Source: Bdellovibrionota bacterium (GTDB lineage Bacteria > Bdellovibrionota_C > UBA2361). From it: DNA of 64,000 nt. The notes under the pieces were generated by a model, which was given only the letters and a program-made list of their open reading frames with translations, made no database searches and had not been told where the DNA came from. The first letter of the stretch is position 1, and every line of letters starts with the position of its first letter. Shown here piece after piece: positions 18,202 to 28,416 of the stretch. The position numbers were made by a program, and so were the translations under genes. The DNA lies in contig JBILDU010000002.1 in the NCBI GenBank assembly GCA_044352465.1, forward strand, positions 25,283 to 89,282, read 5' to 3'.

Positions 18202-20652
18202 ATGTTTAAGAAGCTACTGGTCATTGGGTTCGTTCTCGCGCTACTCGCCGGAATAGGCGGAGCTGCGTTCGTTGCGTGGGGGTACTTCTATATTACCCGC
18301 GATCTCCCGCAGCTCTCGACGATAGAGGACTACCGTCCCCCGGTGGTCAGTACGATGTTCGCGGCCGATGGTACCCCTATCGCGGAATTTTTTACGGAAC
18401 GTCGCTATCCGGCAAAGCTTCCTGAAGTGCCGCTCTACGTCCGCAACGCATTTCTGGCGGCTGAAGATGCTTCGTTCTACAGCCACGCTGGCATTGACCC
18501 GGTCAGTATCCTCCGGGCGTTTGTAAAGAACCTCCAGGCGGGATCAGCCAGCCAGGGGGGCTCGACCATCACCCAACAAGTCGTCAAAAATCTCCTCCTC
18601 ACCCCGGAGAAGAAGATCACCCGAAAGATCAAAGAAGCGATTTTATCGTATCAGCTCGAGAGGCGGTTTTCTAAAGATGAGATTTTTGAGCTGTATCTCA
18701 ACCAGATATTTTTTGGGAATACAGCGTACGGTCTCAAAGCAGCAGCGCGGGTATATTTTCAGAAGTCACTCGATCAGCTCACTCTGGCGGAGGGCGCGAT
18801 GTTGGCGGGGCTCCCCAAAGCCCCGAGTAAATATTCCCCGCTCTCGAATATGCCTCGGGCGAAACGCCGTCAGAAATACGTTCTCGATCAGATGGTGAAG
18901 GCGGGCTTTGTGACCGCGGAGGCTGCCGAGGCGGCGAATCGGGAGAAGATCCGAGTTTTCCCGGCGAGTTTCAATAATATTAGTCGAGCCCCGTATTATG
19001 TCGCTGAGGCGCGGCGATTATTTTTAGAGCGGTGGCGCGATATCAACATCGATGCGGATGGAGTTCAGATTCATACGGCACTCGATCTGAACGCGGATCG
19101 GTTCTTGACCATCGCCGTGCGTCGGGGACTACGCGAGGTCGATAAACGTCGGGGATGGCGTGGGCCTCTCGCCTCGATTGAGAACGCCGATCGGACCATT
19201 TTTCTCGAGCGTTTCGGTAATGCATTGCAGAGTGGCTTTACCCCTGAGGTGGTCTATCCTGCGCTGGTGACGGCGGTGTCGCGTGAGCGCAAGAACGTTG
19301 CCGTTGATCTGGGTGGCGCAACGGCAACGGTTGATCTGCGGGAGGCCGCGTGGGCGAAGAAGCGGTTGGCGAAAGACGATAAAGTTTCCTGGATCAACCT
19401 CGAAGATACGCTGCGGGTCGGCGATGTGATCGAGGTATCGCTTCGCGACGAGAGTAATAATGCGAAAAAGGATGAGGGAGCAGGGCCACCGACGCAGCTC
19501 AAAGACGTGTTCCTCGACCAGACGCCCGATCTGGAGGGGGCGATGGTGCTCCTTGATCCGCATTCCGGTAAGGTTACGGCGCTTGTCGGCGGGTACAGCT
19601 ACGGACGGAGTCAGTTCAATCGAGCAACGCAGTCGTTGCGCCAACCTGGTTCGACCTTCAAGCCGGTGTTGTATCTGGCGGCGGTTGATGGCTATCAGTA
19701 TACCCCGTCAACGATCGTTCATGACGCGCCGCGGACCTTCCGCGTAGGGGACGAGTATTGGACCCCGGCGAATTTTGACGAGAAGTTCCTCGGTGCGATC
19801 TCGTTGCGGATCGCTCTCGAGAAGTCGAGGAATTTAGTCTCGGCTGATATCGTATCTCGAATCGGGATCGACGCGGTCATTCAGTACGCGAAGCGTTTGG
19901 GAATTACAAGTAAGCTGGGGCGGAATCTGTCGTTGTCGCTCGGCAGTAGTGAGGTATCGCTCCTCGAGCTGACCCGCGCGTATGGTGTTTTTGCCGCCAA
20001 GGGGGTGTTGTTCGACTCAGTGTTCATCACCCGTGTGGTTGACCGCACCGGGCGGGTGCTCTTCGATGCGGAGAGTGAGTCGCTTGCGCGGGCCCAGCAG
20101 GCGATCGATCCAAACAGTGCGTTTGTGATGTCACACATGATGAAGGGAGTCATCGAATTTGGTACGGGGTATCGTATCAAAGAGATTCTGCGTCCGGTGG
20201 CGGGTAAGACTGGGACCTCGAACGATCAGATGGATACATGGTTTATCGGTTACACACCGCAGTGGGCGGCCGGGGTTTGGGTGGGATTCGACGCGAAAAA
20301 GGAGATCGGTGACAAAGAGACCGGTGGACGGGTCGCGGCCCCGATCTGGCTCTACGCGATGCGGGAATTTCTCAATTACGAAGATAAGCGCAATTATGCT
20401 CAATTAGTAGAGGAGGCAAAAAGCGAGGCGGCGCGACTCGGTATCGAGTACGTTGCGCCGGAGCCGCTTACCCCCCTTGATTTTAGTCCTCCGGAGGGGG
20501 TTGACCCGTACTGGGTCAATCACGATTCCGGCATCAGGATGGAGGCCGATCAGCCGGGGGCTTTTCTCGAATATTTTGTTCGTGGAACCGAGCCACCCAA
20601 AGCCAGTGGGGATTCCGATACGAGCTCCTATTTAGAGTCGCCTGATTTATAG
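18202..20652 (+). CDS. mrcA: Penicillin-binding protein 1A (bifunctional transglycosylase/transpeptidase)
   Basis: Transglycosylase motifs EDASFYSHAGID and GGSTITQQVVKN; transpeptidase motifs STFK, SRN, KTGT; OB-like insert. Confidence 0.95.
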   Translation: MFKKLLVIGFVLALLAGIGGAAFVAWGYFYITRDLPQLSTIEDYRPPVVSTMFAADGTPIAEFFTERRYPAKLPEVPLYVRNAFLAAEDASFYSHAGIDPVSILRAFVKNLQAGSASQGGSTITQQVVKNLLLTPEKKITRKIKEAILSYQLERRFSKDEIFELYLNQIFFGNTAYGLKAAARVYFQKSLDQLTLAEGAMLAGLPKAPSKYSPLSNMPRAKRRQKYVLDQMVKAGFVTAEAAEAANREKIRVFPASFNNISRAPYYVAEARRLFLERWRDINIDADGVQIHTALDLNADRFLTIAVRRGLREVDKRRGWRGPLASIENADRTIFLERFGNALQSGFTPEVVYPALVTAVSRERKNVAVDLGGATATVDLREAAWAKKRLAKDDKVSWINLEDTLRVGDVIEVSLRDESNNAKKDEGAGPPTQLKDVFLDQTPDLEGAMVLLDPHSGKVTALVGGYSYGRSQFNRATQSLRQPGSTFKPVLYLAAVDGYQYTPSTIVHDAPRTFRVGDEYWTPANFDEKFLGAISLRIALEKSRNLVSADIVSRIGIDAVIQYAKRLGITSKLGRNLSLSLGSSEVSLLELTRAYGVFAAKGVLFDSVFITRVVDRTGRVLFDAESESLARAQQAIDPNSAFVMSHMMKGVIEFGTGYRIKEILRPVAGKTGTSNDQMDTWFIGYTPQWAAGVWVGFDAKKEIGDKETGGRVAAPIWLYAMREFLNYEDKRNYAQLVEEAKSEAARLGIEYVAPEPLTPLDFSPPEGVDPYWVNHDSGIRMEADQPGAFLEYFVRGTEPPKASGDSDTSSYLESPDL

Positions 20653-20663
20653 CTCTGGGCGGA

Positions 20664-20709
20664 GTCTCGCCTGCATTGCCCAGCTAAGGATGGCTAATGC
20701 AGGCGAGAC
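20664..20709. terminator. 14-bp perfect inverted repeat between convergent genes; probable terminator or RNA stability hairpin
   Basis: GTCTCGCCTGCATT (20664-20677) pairs with AATGCAGGCGAGAC (20696-20709); no adjacent U-tract. Confidence 0.5.
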
Positions 20710-20916
20710 GATCGGAAAGTTTTTTCACCCGAGAATTTGTATCGTCGGGCTCGAGAGTATGGCGCCCTGTCGTGGGCACCTCATCGTACGCTGAATAGGT
20801 TCCGACTGTGGATGCTGTTGGGAAGCTCCGCGAGTGGAATCGTGCATGCGCTGCAGTCGGCGCGCACGCTATCCTGGCGAGCCTCGGCGAATCGTGGTGA
20901 CCTCTTGGGCGCTGCT

Positions 20917-21564
20917 CTACCGAGTGTTCCCGCGCACGTACACGACGACATCTTCGATGACATCGCCCCGTTCGATCGCGTTGACGACGTCCTGACCTTG
21001 AACAATCTTTCCGAATATCGTGTAGGAGCCGTTCATGTGGGGCGAGTCTCCGATGACGATGTGAAACTGACTCCCGTTCGATTCACGGCCAGGATTCATA
21101 TCGTCGGGGAGTCGGGCCATGCCGAGGGTTCCGACCTCGTGGTGGCGTGAATTGAACTCGGCCGGCAGGGTGTATCCCGGTCCCCCAGTCGGGTTACCGA
21201 TCGGTCCCCCCCCTTGAATGACGTATCCGGGGTATATGAGGTGAAACGTCGTTCCACGGTAAAATCCTTTATCGGCGAGGTGCTTGAAGTTTGCGACATG
21301 CCATGGCGCATCTGCGGGGAAAAGTTCGAAGATGATTCGACCTTTCTTCGTCACGATAGCGCCGCTTTTAATCTTGAGAAGCTCGCTCCGCGGAGGGAGC
21401 TTAAATGGCGGGTCCGCCTCCGCATATCCAGGTACCTCGAGCAGGAGGAGGGTGAGGATAAGGATCAGGATAAATGCCGTAACACCGCCTCCGCGGCGAC
21501 CGTGAGTGGTTCTGAGGGACGGTCTTTTCATGGACTCCGGTTGCAAGTTGGATGGCTCAATCAT
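20917..21564 (-). CDS. Cyclophilin-type peptidyl-prolyl cis-trans isomerase, exported
   Basis: ELFPADAPWHVANF, GFYRGTTFH, VIQGG, GTLGMAR, GSQFHI, YTIFGKIVQG; N-terminal hydrophobic segment. Confidence 0.92.
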   Translation of the reverse strand: MIEPSNLQPESMKRPSLRTTHGRRGGGVTAFILILILTLLLLEVPGYAEADPPFKLPPRSELLKIKSGAIVTKKGRIIFELFPADAPWHVANFKHLADKGFYRGTTFHLIYPGYVIQGGGPIGNPTGGPGYTLPAEFNSRHHEVGTLGMARLPDDMNPGRESNGSQFHIVIGDSPHMNGSYTIFGKIVQGQDVVNAIERGDVIEDVVVYVRGNTR

Positions 21565-21812
21565 CCTTATCCTAAAGCACGGCTTACCGTGTGGTCGAGT
21601 GCAACCGTTGGAGACTCCCCCTCTTAAAGGTGGGGTAATTTGAGTGCAGGTCGCGCTCTCCCGCTGTAGGTGTTTGTTTTTACTGCATTTTTAGTGTGTG
21701 GTGGCTTTAGAAAGAGGAGTCGCGGTCGATTCTCTCCAACCGTTGGCCCCTTCGGTTCTACCCTTATGCTTTTGGATTCGTTGGGTTATCATGCGGTCCT
21801 GGCAAATTTTTT

Positions 21813-23969
21813 TTGATCGCTCAGGTGTTTACCCCCCGTTTCTTGCGGTTCTTCCTCTGCCTCGCCCTCGCGCTAATCTCAGCGCCGCGTGAGCATCTCC
21901 TCGCGCAGGAACGGGCGCTTAAAACCGACATTAAAGAGAAGGTCGACGCTATACTGTTACTCGATGGGTCGGGGAGTATGCGGGTTACCGATCCGGGCAG
22001 ACTTCGGGACGAGGGCGCAAAGCTTTTTCTCGAGTTTTTAAAGCCGGGTGATCGGGTCGGGATCATCGAATTCTCGGGTGATGCGAAGGTCGTCCGACCG
22101 CTTGAGCCGTTTGCGCGCGAGCAAGTGTCAGCGGTGGCCCGCGAGGTCGATGCTGTCGGAAATTCAGGCGAGTATACCGATATCGTCGCCGGATTGCGTC
22201 TAGCGAAGAGTGTTCTCGAAGCGAATCCCCGCAGCGACGCAAATCAGGTGGTGGTTCTACTTTCCGATGGAAAGCTTGATCCTAATCCGGCGGCCGGCTC
22301 GGCGGTGAGTGCGCGCCAGGGGTTAGTTGAGGAGCTTTTGCCTGCGCTGAGAGAGTCTGGTCTGAAGGTTCATACACTGGCTTTTGGGGATCTCGTTGAC
22401 CGGGAACTCCTTGAGAAGATCGCGGCCGATACGAGTGGGTCGAGTTGGTATACGCCGAGCGCTTCAAAGATTCATGAGTCGTACGCAGAGCTCTTTCTTG
22501 TGGTGAAGAGCCCGCAGGTTCTCCCGCTGACGACGAAGGGGTTTAAGATCGATGCGGGTATCGACGAGGCGACGTTCTACATTAATCGTGAGGCGGCGGA
22601 TGCCCCGATTTCGATTCGCAGCCCCGATGGAACGATTATAACGCCCGAAAATCCCCCGCCCTCGGTGCGGTGGTTTCAGGGGCAAAAGTTCGATGTCGTG
22701 ACGGTCTTACAACCCCGACTCGGAGATTGGCGAATTAACGGACTCCCCTCGAACGATAGTTTTGCCACCGTCCTCACGAACTTAAAGCTGATCACCGATT
22801 GGCCAACATCTTCGAGCCTTGGTGCCCCGCTCCTCGTCCAGGCGCGGCTCTATGAAAATGAAAAGCCGGTCGTGTTGCGCGAGATGGCCGGGGCAACGAA
22901 GTACGCCTTCGAAATTACCCCGTCGGATAAGATCTCCGAGCCGATTATACGGGAGTTTTTGTTTGATGACGGTACGCACGGCGACAAAGTTGCGGATGAC
23001 GGTATCTTCTCTCATGAGGTTGAGATCGCCGAGGTCGGCGAGTATCGCCTCAAAGTGATCGCTCGAGCGCCGACCTTTGAGCGAAGTCAGCAGGTGCCGT
23101 TTAAGATAAAACCTCGAATCGTCGAGCTCGTTGTCCAGCCTGCAGATGAGCACGGTGGAGACGCTGCGGCTGGTGCGCATGGTTCTCAAGGTGATGGCCA
23201 TGGTGGTGAGGAGTCTTTGGGCGGGTCGGGTGATGTCTTCTCGATTACCCTCAGCCCTGATGCGGAGGTCTTACGGCGGATCGATGTAAAGCTTGTCGCG
23301 GTGAATGCGCAGAAGAAGCGCTTCGTTATCCCGCTCGAAAAACACGGTGAAGGGTTTCGGGGCTTTTCCTCCTTTCTCCCCGGAGCGGGTGAATATCAGC
23401 TGAAAGCAACTTTGACCGGTGAGGGGCGTCGGGCCGGTAAGCTCAAAGACGGTGGAGGAACGCCTCTTACGATTCGGGAAGAGAGCGCAGTGGTTACGTA
23501 CCATAAAGTGGCGCGACCAGGCGAAGAGTCGGCGCTCCAAGTGGTTGTCGTTAACAAAGAGAAGGTCGAATCACCCACGCCTTATTACGTTTTGATAGTC
23601 GGGCTTAATCTCGTGCTCGGTGGGGTTTTCTTCGCGCTGCTCGGCCGCGGTTCGGCCGCTTCCCGGGAACCGCTGCCTGAGTTCGCTTCAATCCAGCCGC
23701 TCAAAGCGCTCCTTCAGTTATTGGAGGAGCGTGCCCAGTTGATCGAGGTGGATCCGAATGATCCTTTGTTTGTTGGTGATGAAGCTCTACCGGAGTTTGC
23801 CATCGGGGGGAGCGCGCTTTTAGCAACGGTTGATACTACCCCTGGAAGCGCGTCGGGTGAGTCGACAACCGGAGTGGTTGCAGCCTCGTCCGGAGAAGCC
23901 AGCGGGGAGCCGGGGGGCGGATCAGCTGAGTCCCAAGGTGAGGCGCCGAAGCCGGCGGAGGGAGCATGA
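21813..23969 (+). CDS. Exported, membrane-anchored VWA-domain protein
   Basis: MIDAS DGSGS...T...LSDG; LFDDGTHGDKVADDGIFS motif; signal peptide; C-terminal TM and acidic tail. Confidence 0.85.
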   Translation: MIAQVFTPRFLRFFLCLALALISAPREHLLAQERALKTDIKEKVDAILLLDGSGSMRVTDPGRLRDEGAKLFLEFLKPGDRVGIIEFSGDAKVVRPLEPFAREQVSAVAREVDAVGNSGEYTDIVAGLRLAKSVLEANPRSDANQVVVLLSDGKLDPNPAAGSAVSARQGLVEELLPALRESGLKVHTLAFGDLVDRELLEKIAADTSGSSWYTPSASKIHESYAELFLVVKSPQVLPLTTKGFKIDAGIDEATFYINREAADAPISIRSPDGTIITPENPPPSVRWFQGQKFDVVTVLQPRLGDWRINGLPSNDSFATVLTNLKLITDWPTSSSLGAPLLVQARLYENEKPVVLREMAGATKYAFEITPSDKISEPIIREFLFDDGTHGDKVADDGIFSHEVEIAEVGEYRLKVIARAPTFERSQQVPFKIKPRIVELVVQPADEHGGDAAAGAHGSQGDGHGGEESLGGSGDVFSITLSPDAEVLRRIDVKLVAVNAQKKRFVIPLEKHGEGFRGFSSFLPGAGEYQLKATLTGEGRRAGKLKDGGGTPLTIREESAVVTYHKVARPGEESALQVVVVNKEKVESPTPYYVLIVGLNLVLGGVFFALLGRGSAASREPLPEFASIQPLKALLQLLEERAQLIEVDPNDPLFVGDEALPEFAIGGSALLATVDTTPGSASGESTTGVVAASSGEASGEPGGGSAESQGEAPKPAEGA

Positions 23970-24664
23970 ACTCTATTCTGTTAATCGTTGTCGCGCTCGT
24001 GCTCGCCGGTATTATCGCGGGCCTGCTTTATTTCTTGATGAAGCGGCGGGGAGGTCGGGCTGACCCGGCGCTCGCTACATTGAAAAGAATCCGCGATGAA
24101 AGAACGAAGTTACTCGAGCAGCTGCGGGAGGCGTTTGCGCGTCTTGTCCCAGTTTCGGCGGTGCGGAGTGCCCTCAAGGAGGTGGCCATTCGTCAGGAGG
24201 CGTTGCGCGCGGAGAAGGGGCGGATCACGATCACTCAAGCTGAGCTGGAGACTGTTGACTCGCGTCTTCGCGAACTCGAAGAGGTTGAACGGGAGCTCGA
24301 AGCCAGCGGTTTGGAGACAAAGGAAGAGCTGAACATTCTGAAGAAGAAGGAAGCTGAACTTAATTCCAAAAATACAGCGTTGAAGGAGCAGATATCTGCG
24401 GCGGTGCAAGTGCTCGATACGGTCATCTCCGAGATCGAGATGTCTCAACAGCTCCAAGAGCAGGTGCTCGCCTGCAAAACGGAGCTTCTTCAGACCGAGC
24501 AGAGTGTCGCCACCTTGGTTCTCCAGATCGAGCAGGGCAACGAGCAGTATTTTGTTCTCAAACGACGCTATGATGCTCTCGATATTGAGTACGCTCAACT
24601 GTTCGAGAAGTTCTCCGAGGCTGAGTCGCTCGTTGGTTCAAAGAGCGACTCCTCAAAAGAATAG
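23966..24664 (+). CDS. Membrane-anchored long coiled-coil protein
   Basis: N-terminal TM followed by about 190 aa of E/K/L/Q-rich heptads; ATGA overlap with the VWA gene. Confidence 0.8.
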   Translation: MNSILLIVVALVLAGIIAGLLYFLMKRRGGRADPALATLKRIRDERTKLLEQLREAFARLVPVSAVRSALKEVAIRQEALRAEKGRITITQAELETVDSRLRELEEVERELEASGLETKEELNILKKKEAELNSKNTALKEQISAAVQVLDTVISEIEMSQQLQEQVLACKTELLQTEQSVATLVLQIEQGNEQYFVLKRRYDALDIEYAQLFEKFSEAESLVGSKSDSSKE

Positions 24665-24709
24665 CGGCTGGAGAAAGCCAACCCGAGGTGGGCTTGTCAG
24701 GGGAGGATG

Positions 24710-26932
24710 TTACAACATCTCCTGAGGATCCATGTCGAAGGTCACCTTGACTTTCCGCGACTGCTTCTTCTCGCCACGAAGATGGCCCATCACTTTCAGG
24801 AGGTGGATTGGGTTCGCTGCTTTTAAAATCATATGCCAGCGCCACGATGTTTTGAGTCGTTCGAGTGGTGCTGGACTCGGTCCGAGGATTTTCACGGGGA
24901 GGGTGAGGGACTCGATCATACGTTGGGCGAGGGAGCGTAACAGCAACAGTTGGGCCTCGGCTTCGCGTTTGTCTTGCGAGCTCGCGACGATTCGAAGGAG
25001 CCGCGTGAAGGGGGGATAGCCGAGCTCCTGTCTGACCGCAAGCTCCCCCTCTGCAAATCCGAGGAAATCATCCTGCATCGTGCGGAGCAAGCTGGGGTGA
25101 CGAGGAACCCGAGTTTGTAAAATAACCAGGCCGGCTTTGTCTCCGCGGCCAGCTCTTCCGGCCGCTTGCGTGAGCAGTTGGAAGACACGCTCGCTCGCCC
25201 TAAAATCAGGCATATGCAGACCCACGTCGCAGTCGGCAACTCCCACCACCGTGACGTTCGGGAGATCGTGCCCTTTGGCGATCATTTGGGTGCCGACCAG
25301 GATCTCGGTCGCGCCACTTCTGACCCGGCTGAGGATTGCCTTATAGGCGTCGAGATCGTTCGCTGCGTCCCGATCGAGTCGATCGATCCGAGCTGTGGGA
25401 AATAGACTTTGGAGTTCCTCGAAGATGCGCTCAGTCCCCGCACCACGTTGTACCAGTTTTCCCGGCGGCGGATCGGTCGAAGGGGGACACGCAGGGCAGA
25501 ATTCACTGGGAACGACGCTGAGGTTGCAATAATGACAGATGAGCTCGTGGGAGCGCTGGTGGTAGGTGAAGGTGACCGAGCAATTAGGGCATTCGACCAC
25601 GGTTTCACAGCGCTCACATTGAAGGTAGCTGGCGAAGCCACGACGATTGTACAGCACAAAAACCTGCTCCTGACGCGCGAGAGCTGTGGCGATCGCATTT
25701 TGAAGCTGCGGGGAGACGTTCGGCGCGGGGAGTTCCCATGGCTTCAGTCGGTTAAGGTCAACGAGGTCGAAGGTGAGTGGGGTCGCGGTGCTGTGTCGGG
25801 CTGGAAGTGCGAGGTAGCGATAGCGCTTCGAGCGGGCGTGATGAAGGCTTTCGAGCGAAGGTGTCGCCGAACCGAGAACTACCGGACAATTGGAGCGGTG
25901 GGCGAGCACCACCGCAAGATCACGCCCGTTATATCGCAGCCCCTCAGATTGCTTATAGGAGCTGTCGTGCTCTTCATCGACGATGATGAGTCCGAGATTA
26001 TGGACCGGTGCAAAGATACCGGAGCGCGCGCCGATCGCGATCCGACAACGATTTTCAAGCAGGGCGCGCCACGACTCCCAGCGGGTCCGGCGGTGCAGTC
26101 CGCTGTGGAGAACCGCGATATCCTCACCGAGTCTCCCGCGGAATCGATCGATGAGCTGAGGAGTTAACGCTATCTCCGGAACGACCACGATGGCACCGTG
26201 ACCACTCGCGAGAGCGTGTTTAATCGCCTCGATATAGACCTCAGTTTTACCGCTTCCCGTTACCCCGTGGAGAAGGAACGGTTGAGGGGCCCGCGCGGTC
26301 ACGGAGGCCGAGATCGCTTCGACCGCTGTCTGTTGGTGAAGTGTCAACTCAACTGCGTCCTTCACCCAACTCGGCTGTAATTCGGTGTGAAGGGAGGTGG
26401 GGACGATCTCCGTTTCATCGATCGCGATGATGCCCGCGGTTGTCAGAGCTCGGATCGCGGGGCCGGAACCGCGGCAAACCTTGAGGAGATAATTGTAGTC
26501 TTGTACCCCACCGTTCTCTTGAAGCATCGTGAGAACGGCGCGTTGGACCTTGCCTCGCAGTACATCTGCTGGTTCCTTGAGAAGCCGCATCGTGCGGCGA
26601 TATCGACGCACCGATATCGGTGGCACAGCGACATCGATCACATTGGCGAGACTCTCGCCGTAATAGTCCGCGACCCATGATAGAAATTCCAGCTGCTCTG
26701 GCAGGAAGCACCCCTCGAGTTCGCTGTCCGAAAAGATACTTTTGAGCTCGATAGTGGGGTCCGGCGGAGATACCCCATCTCCGAGCCCAACCACGTAACC
26801 GGCGGCGCGACGTCGGCCAAACGGTATCTCGACCCTGCTCCCCACTTTAATTTGCGCAACGATCTCTTCCGGAACACGATAGGTAAAAGGGTGAGGTAAT
26901 GGCGGAATAACGATGTTTACAAGGTCGCGCAT
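24710..26932 (-). CDS. priA: Primosomal protein N' (replication restart helicase)
   Basis: GVTGSGKTEVY, VPEIALTPQ, DEEH, SATPSLES, NRRGF plus four CxxC motifs, QAAGRAGR. Confidence 0.97.
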   Translation of the reverse strand: MRDLVNIVIPPLPHPFTYRVPEEIVAQIKVGSRVEIPFGRRRAAGYVVGLGDGVSPPDPTIELKSIFSDSELEGCFLPEQLEFLSWVADYYGESLANVIDVAVPPISVRRYRRTMRLLKEPADVLRGKVQRAVLTMLQENGGVQDYNYLLKVCRGSGPAIRALTTAGIIAIDETEIVPTSLHTELQPSWVKDAVELTLHQQTAVEAISASVTARAPQPFLLHGVTGSGKTEVYIEAIKHALASGHGAIVVVPEIALTPQLIDRFRGRLGEDIAVLHSGLHRRTRWESWRALLENRCRIAIGARSGIFAPVHNLGLIIVDEEHDSSYKQSEGLRYNGRDLAVVLAHRSNCPVVLGSATPSLESLHHARSKRYRYLALPARHSTATPLTFDLVDLNRLKPWELPAPNVSPQLQNAIATALARQEQVFVLYNRRGFASYLQCERCETVVECPNCSVTFTYHQRSHELICHYCNLSVVPSEFCPACPPSTDPPPGKLVQRGAGTERIFEELQSLFPTARIDRLDRDAANDLDAYKAILSRVRSGATEILVGTQMIAKGHDLPNVTVVGVADCDVGLHMPDFRASERVFQLLTQAAGRAGRGDKAGLVILQTRVPRHPSLLRTMQDDFLGFAEGELAVRQELGYPPFTRLLRIVASSQDKREAEAQLLLLRSLAQRMIESLTLPVKILGPSPAPLERLKTSWRWHMILKAANPIHLLKVMGHLRGEKKQSRKVKVTFDMDPQEML

Positions 26933-27345
26933 GCCGCATCTCCCTTGGCCTGAAGAGGATTAATTTCGAGAGCTTGCCGCAAGGATAAGGAGGCAGAATG
27001 GTGGTAGTTCCTCGTGGACGCAGGAGACATCGCAGATTCGCGCTTTTCTTAAAATAACTCGCTCTGTGGCTGTTGCAGTCCGATAGTCATAACGTGATCC
27101 AACAAATTTTTCACCCGGGGAGATGTCGGCGTAACAAAAGTAAGGGGTTCGGCATCTTATAAGAACCGCTCCCCCAGGAAGCGCTCAGATTGTTTCGGGG
27201 AGGGCGCGGGGGAAACAGGTGGCCGGCTGTGCAACGTCGCGTGTTATTTACTCATGAGGCTTCGGCCCAGAGTTCAACCTGACTGAGGTCGTTGATCTCA
27301 GTTTCGCAGCGCTAATCGATGGGATGACGACAAAGATGTATCGGT

Positions 27346-28416
27346 ATGTTTAGTCTTTGGAAAAAGCAGGAGCAGCTCGTCGGCATCGATATCGGAGCTG
27401 CGGCGATTAAAGTTGTTGAGCTCGAACTCGGTAGAAGTGGGGCTCGACTCCGTCGCGCGGAGCTCTGGCCGCTCAAAGGGGATGTCTTTTCCAACAATTC
27501 GATTACTAAGCCGGATCGCGTCGTCGGTGAGCTTCTCCGACTGTGTGATAACGTTCCGCCGCCCCGCGCTGTGACTGCGGTTCCAGCCCCGAGCGTCTTT
27601 GTAAAAAAGATTACCGTTCCAAAGTCGGGTGGAGCTGCCCTTGCAGCAAACGTGCAGCTTGAAGCGAGCAATCTGATACCGCACAAGCTCGATGCGGTGC
27701 GGCTTGATTATCAGGTGCTCGGGATGAGTGGCGCTAACCTGATGGAGGTGCTGCTCGTCGCGGTGAAGGGCGACGTGCTGGATAGTTTTACGGGGTGTCT
27801 CAACGGGGCGGGAATCGAGACAGCGATCGTCGATGTGGACCTCTTTGCTTTGCAGAACGCTTTTGAGTTTACCCAACCGGAGCGTGCTCAGTCTACCGTG
27901 GCCCTCGTTAATATCGGGGCCCGTTACACGGGTGTGAACATCTGTCGCGGTGGCCGCTCGCTCTCGAGCGGTGACATGGCGATTGGGGGACGCGGATGCA
28001 CCGAGGCTTTGATGCACCATCTCGGCGTCGGATTCGACGAAGCCGAGCAACGCAAGATTCGATGTGACCACGATGAGAAACGCGCCGAGATTCATGAAGT
28101 GTTAGGGCGTTGGGTGGATAGCGCGGCGCTTGAGATTAATCGGCAACTAGGACTTCTTTGGGGCGGAGTTGCCGCCGATGGACGGATCGATTCCGTCATC
28201 GTGAGTGGGGGCGGTTCGCTCGTTCCCGGATGCCTTGAGGCGCTATCGCGGCGAACCGAATTGCCGTGTGAGCGGCTCGACCCATTTCGGGGCCTCGAAC
28301 CCGGGGATATCTCGGGAGCAGGTGGTGAGCTAGCTGCAAGTGCCTCGATGGGGGTCGCGGTCGGCCTCGCCCTGAGACGCTTGGGTGATAAATCCACGGC
28401 GGGGCTAGCGGTATGA
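27346..28416 (+). CDS. pilM: Type IV pilus assembly protein PilM
   Basis: Actin-like GIDIG..AIKVVEL, VDVDLFALQNAF, VNIGA, VSGGGS, AVGLALR; first gene of pilMNO. Confidence 0.92.
   Translation: MFSLWKKQEQLVGIDIGAAAIKVVELELGRSGARLRRAELWPLKGDVFSNNSITKPDRVVGELLRLCDNVPPPRAVTAVPAPSVFVKKITVPKSGGAALAANVQLEASNLIPHKLDAVRLDYQVLGMSGANLMEVLLVAVKGDVLDSFTGCLNGAGIETAIVDVDLFALQNAFEFTQPERAQSTVALVNIGARYTGVNICRGGRSLSSGDMAIGGRGCTEALMHHLGVGFDEAEQRKIRCDHDEKRAEIHEVLGRWVDSAALEINRQLGLLWGGVAADGRIDSVIVSGGGSLVPGCLEALSRRTELPCERLDPFRGLEPGDISGAGGELAASASMGVAVGLALRRLGDKSTAGLAV

Noticed and set aside
27220..27236. Sigma54 promoter upstream of pilM (TGGC…TGC)
   Set aside because: GG-to-GC spacing is 8 nt rather than the required 10.
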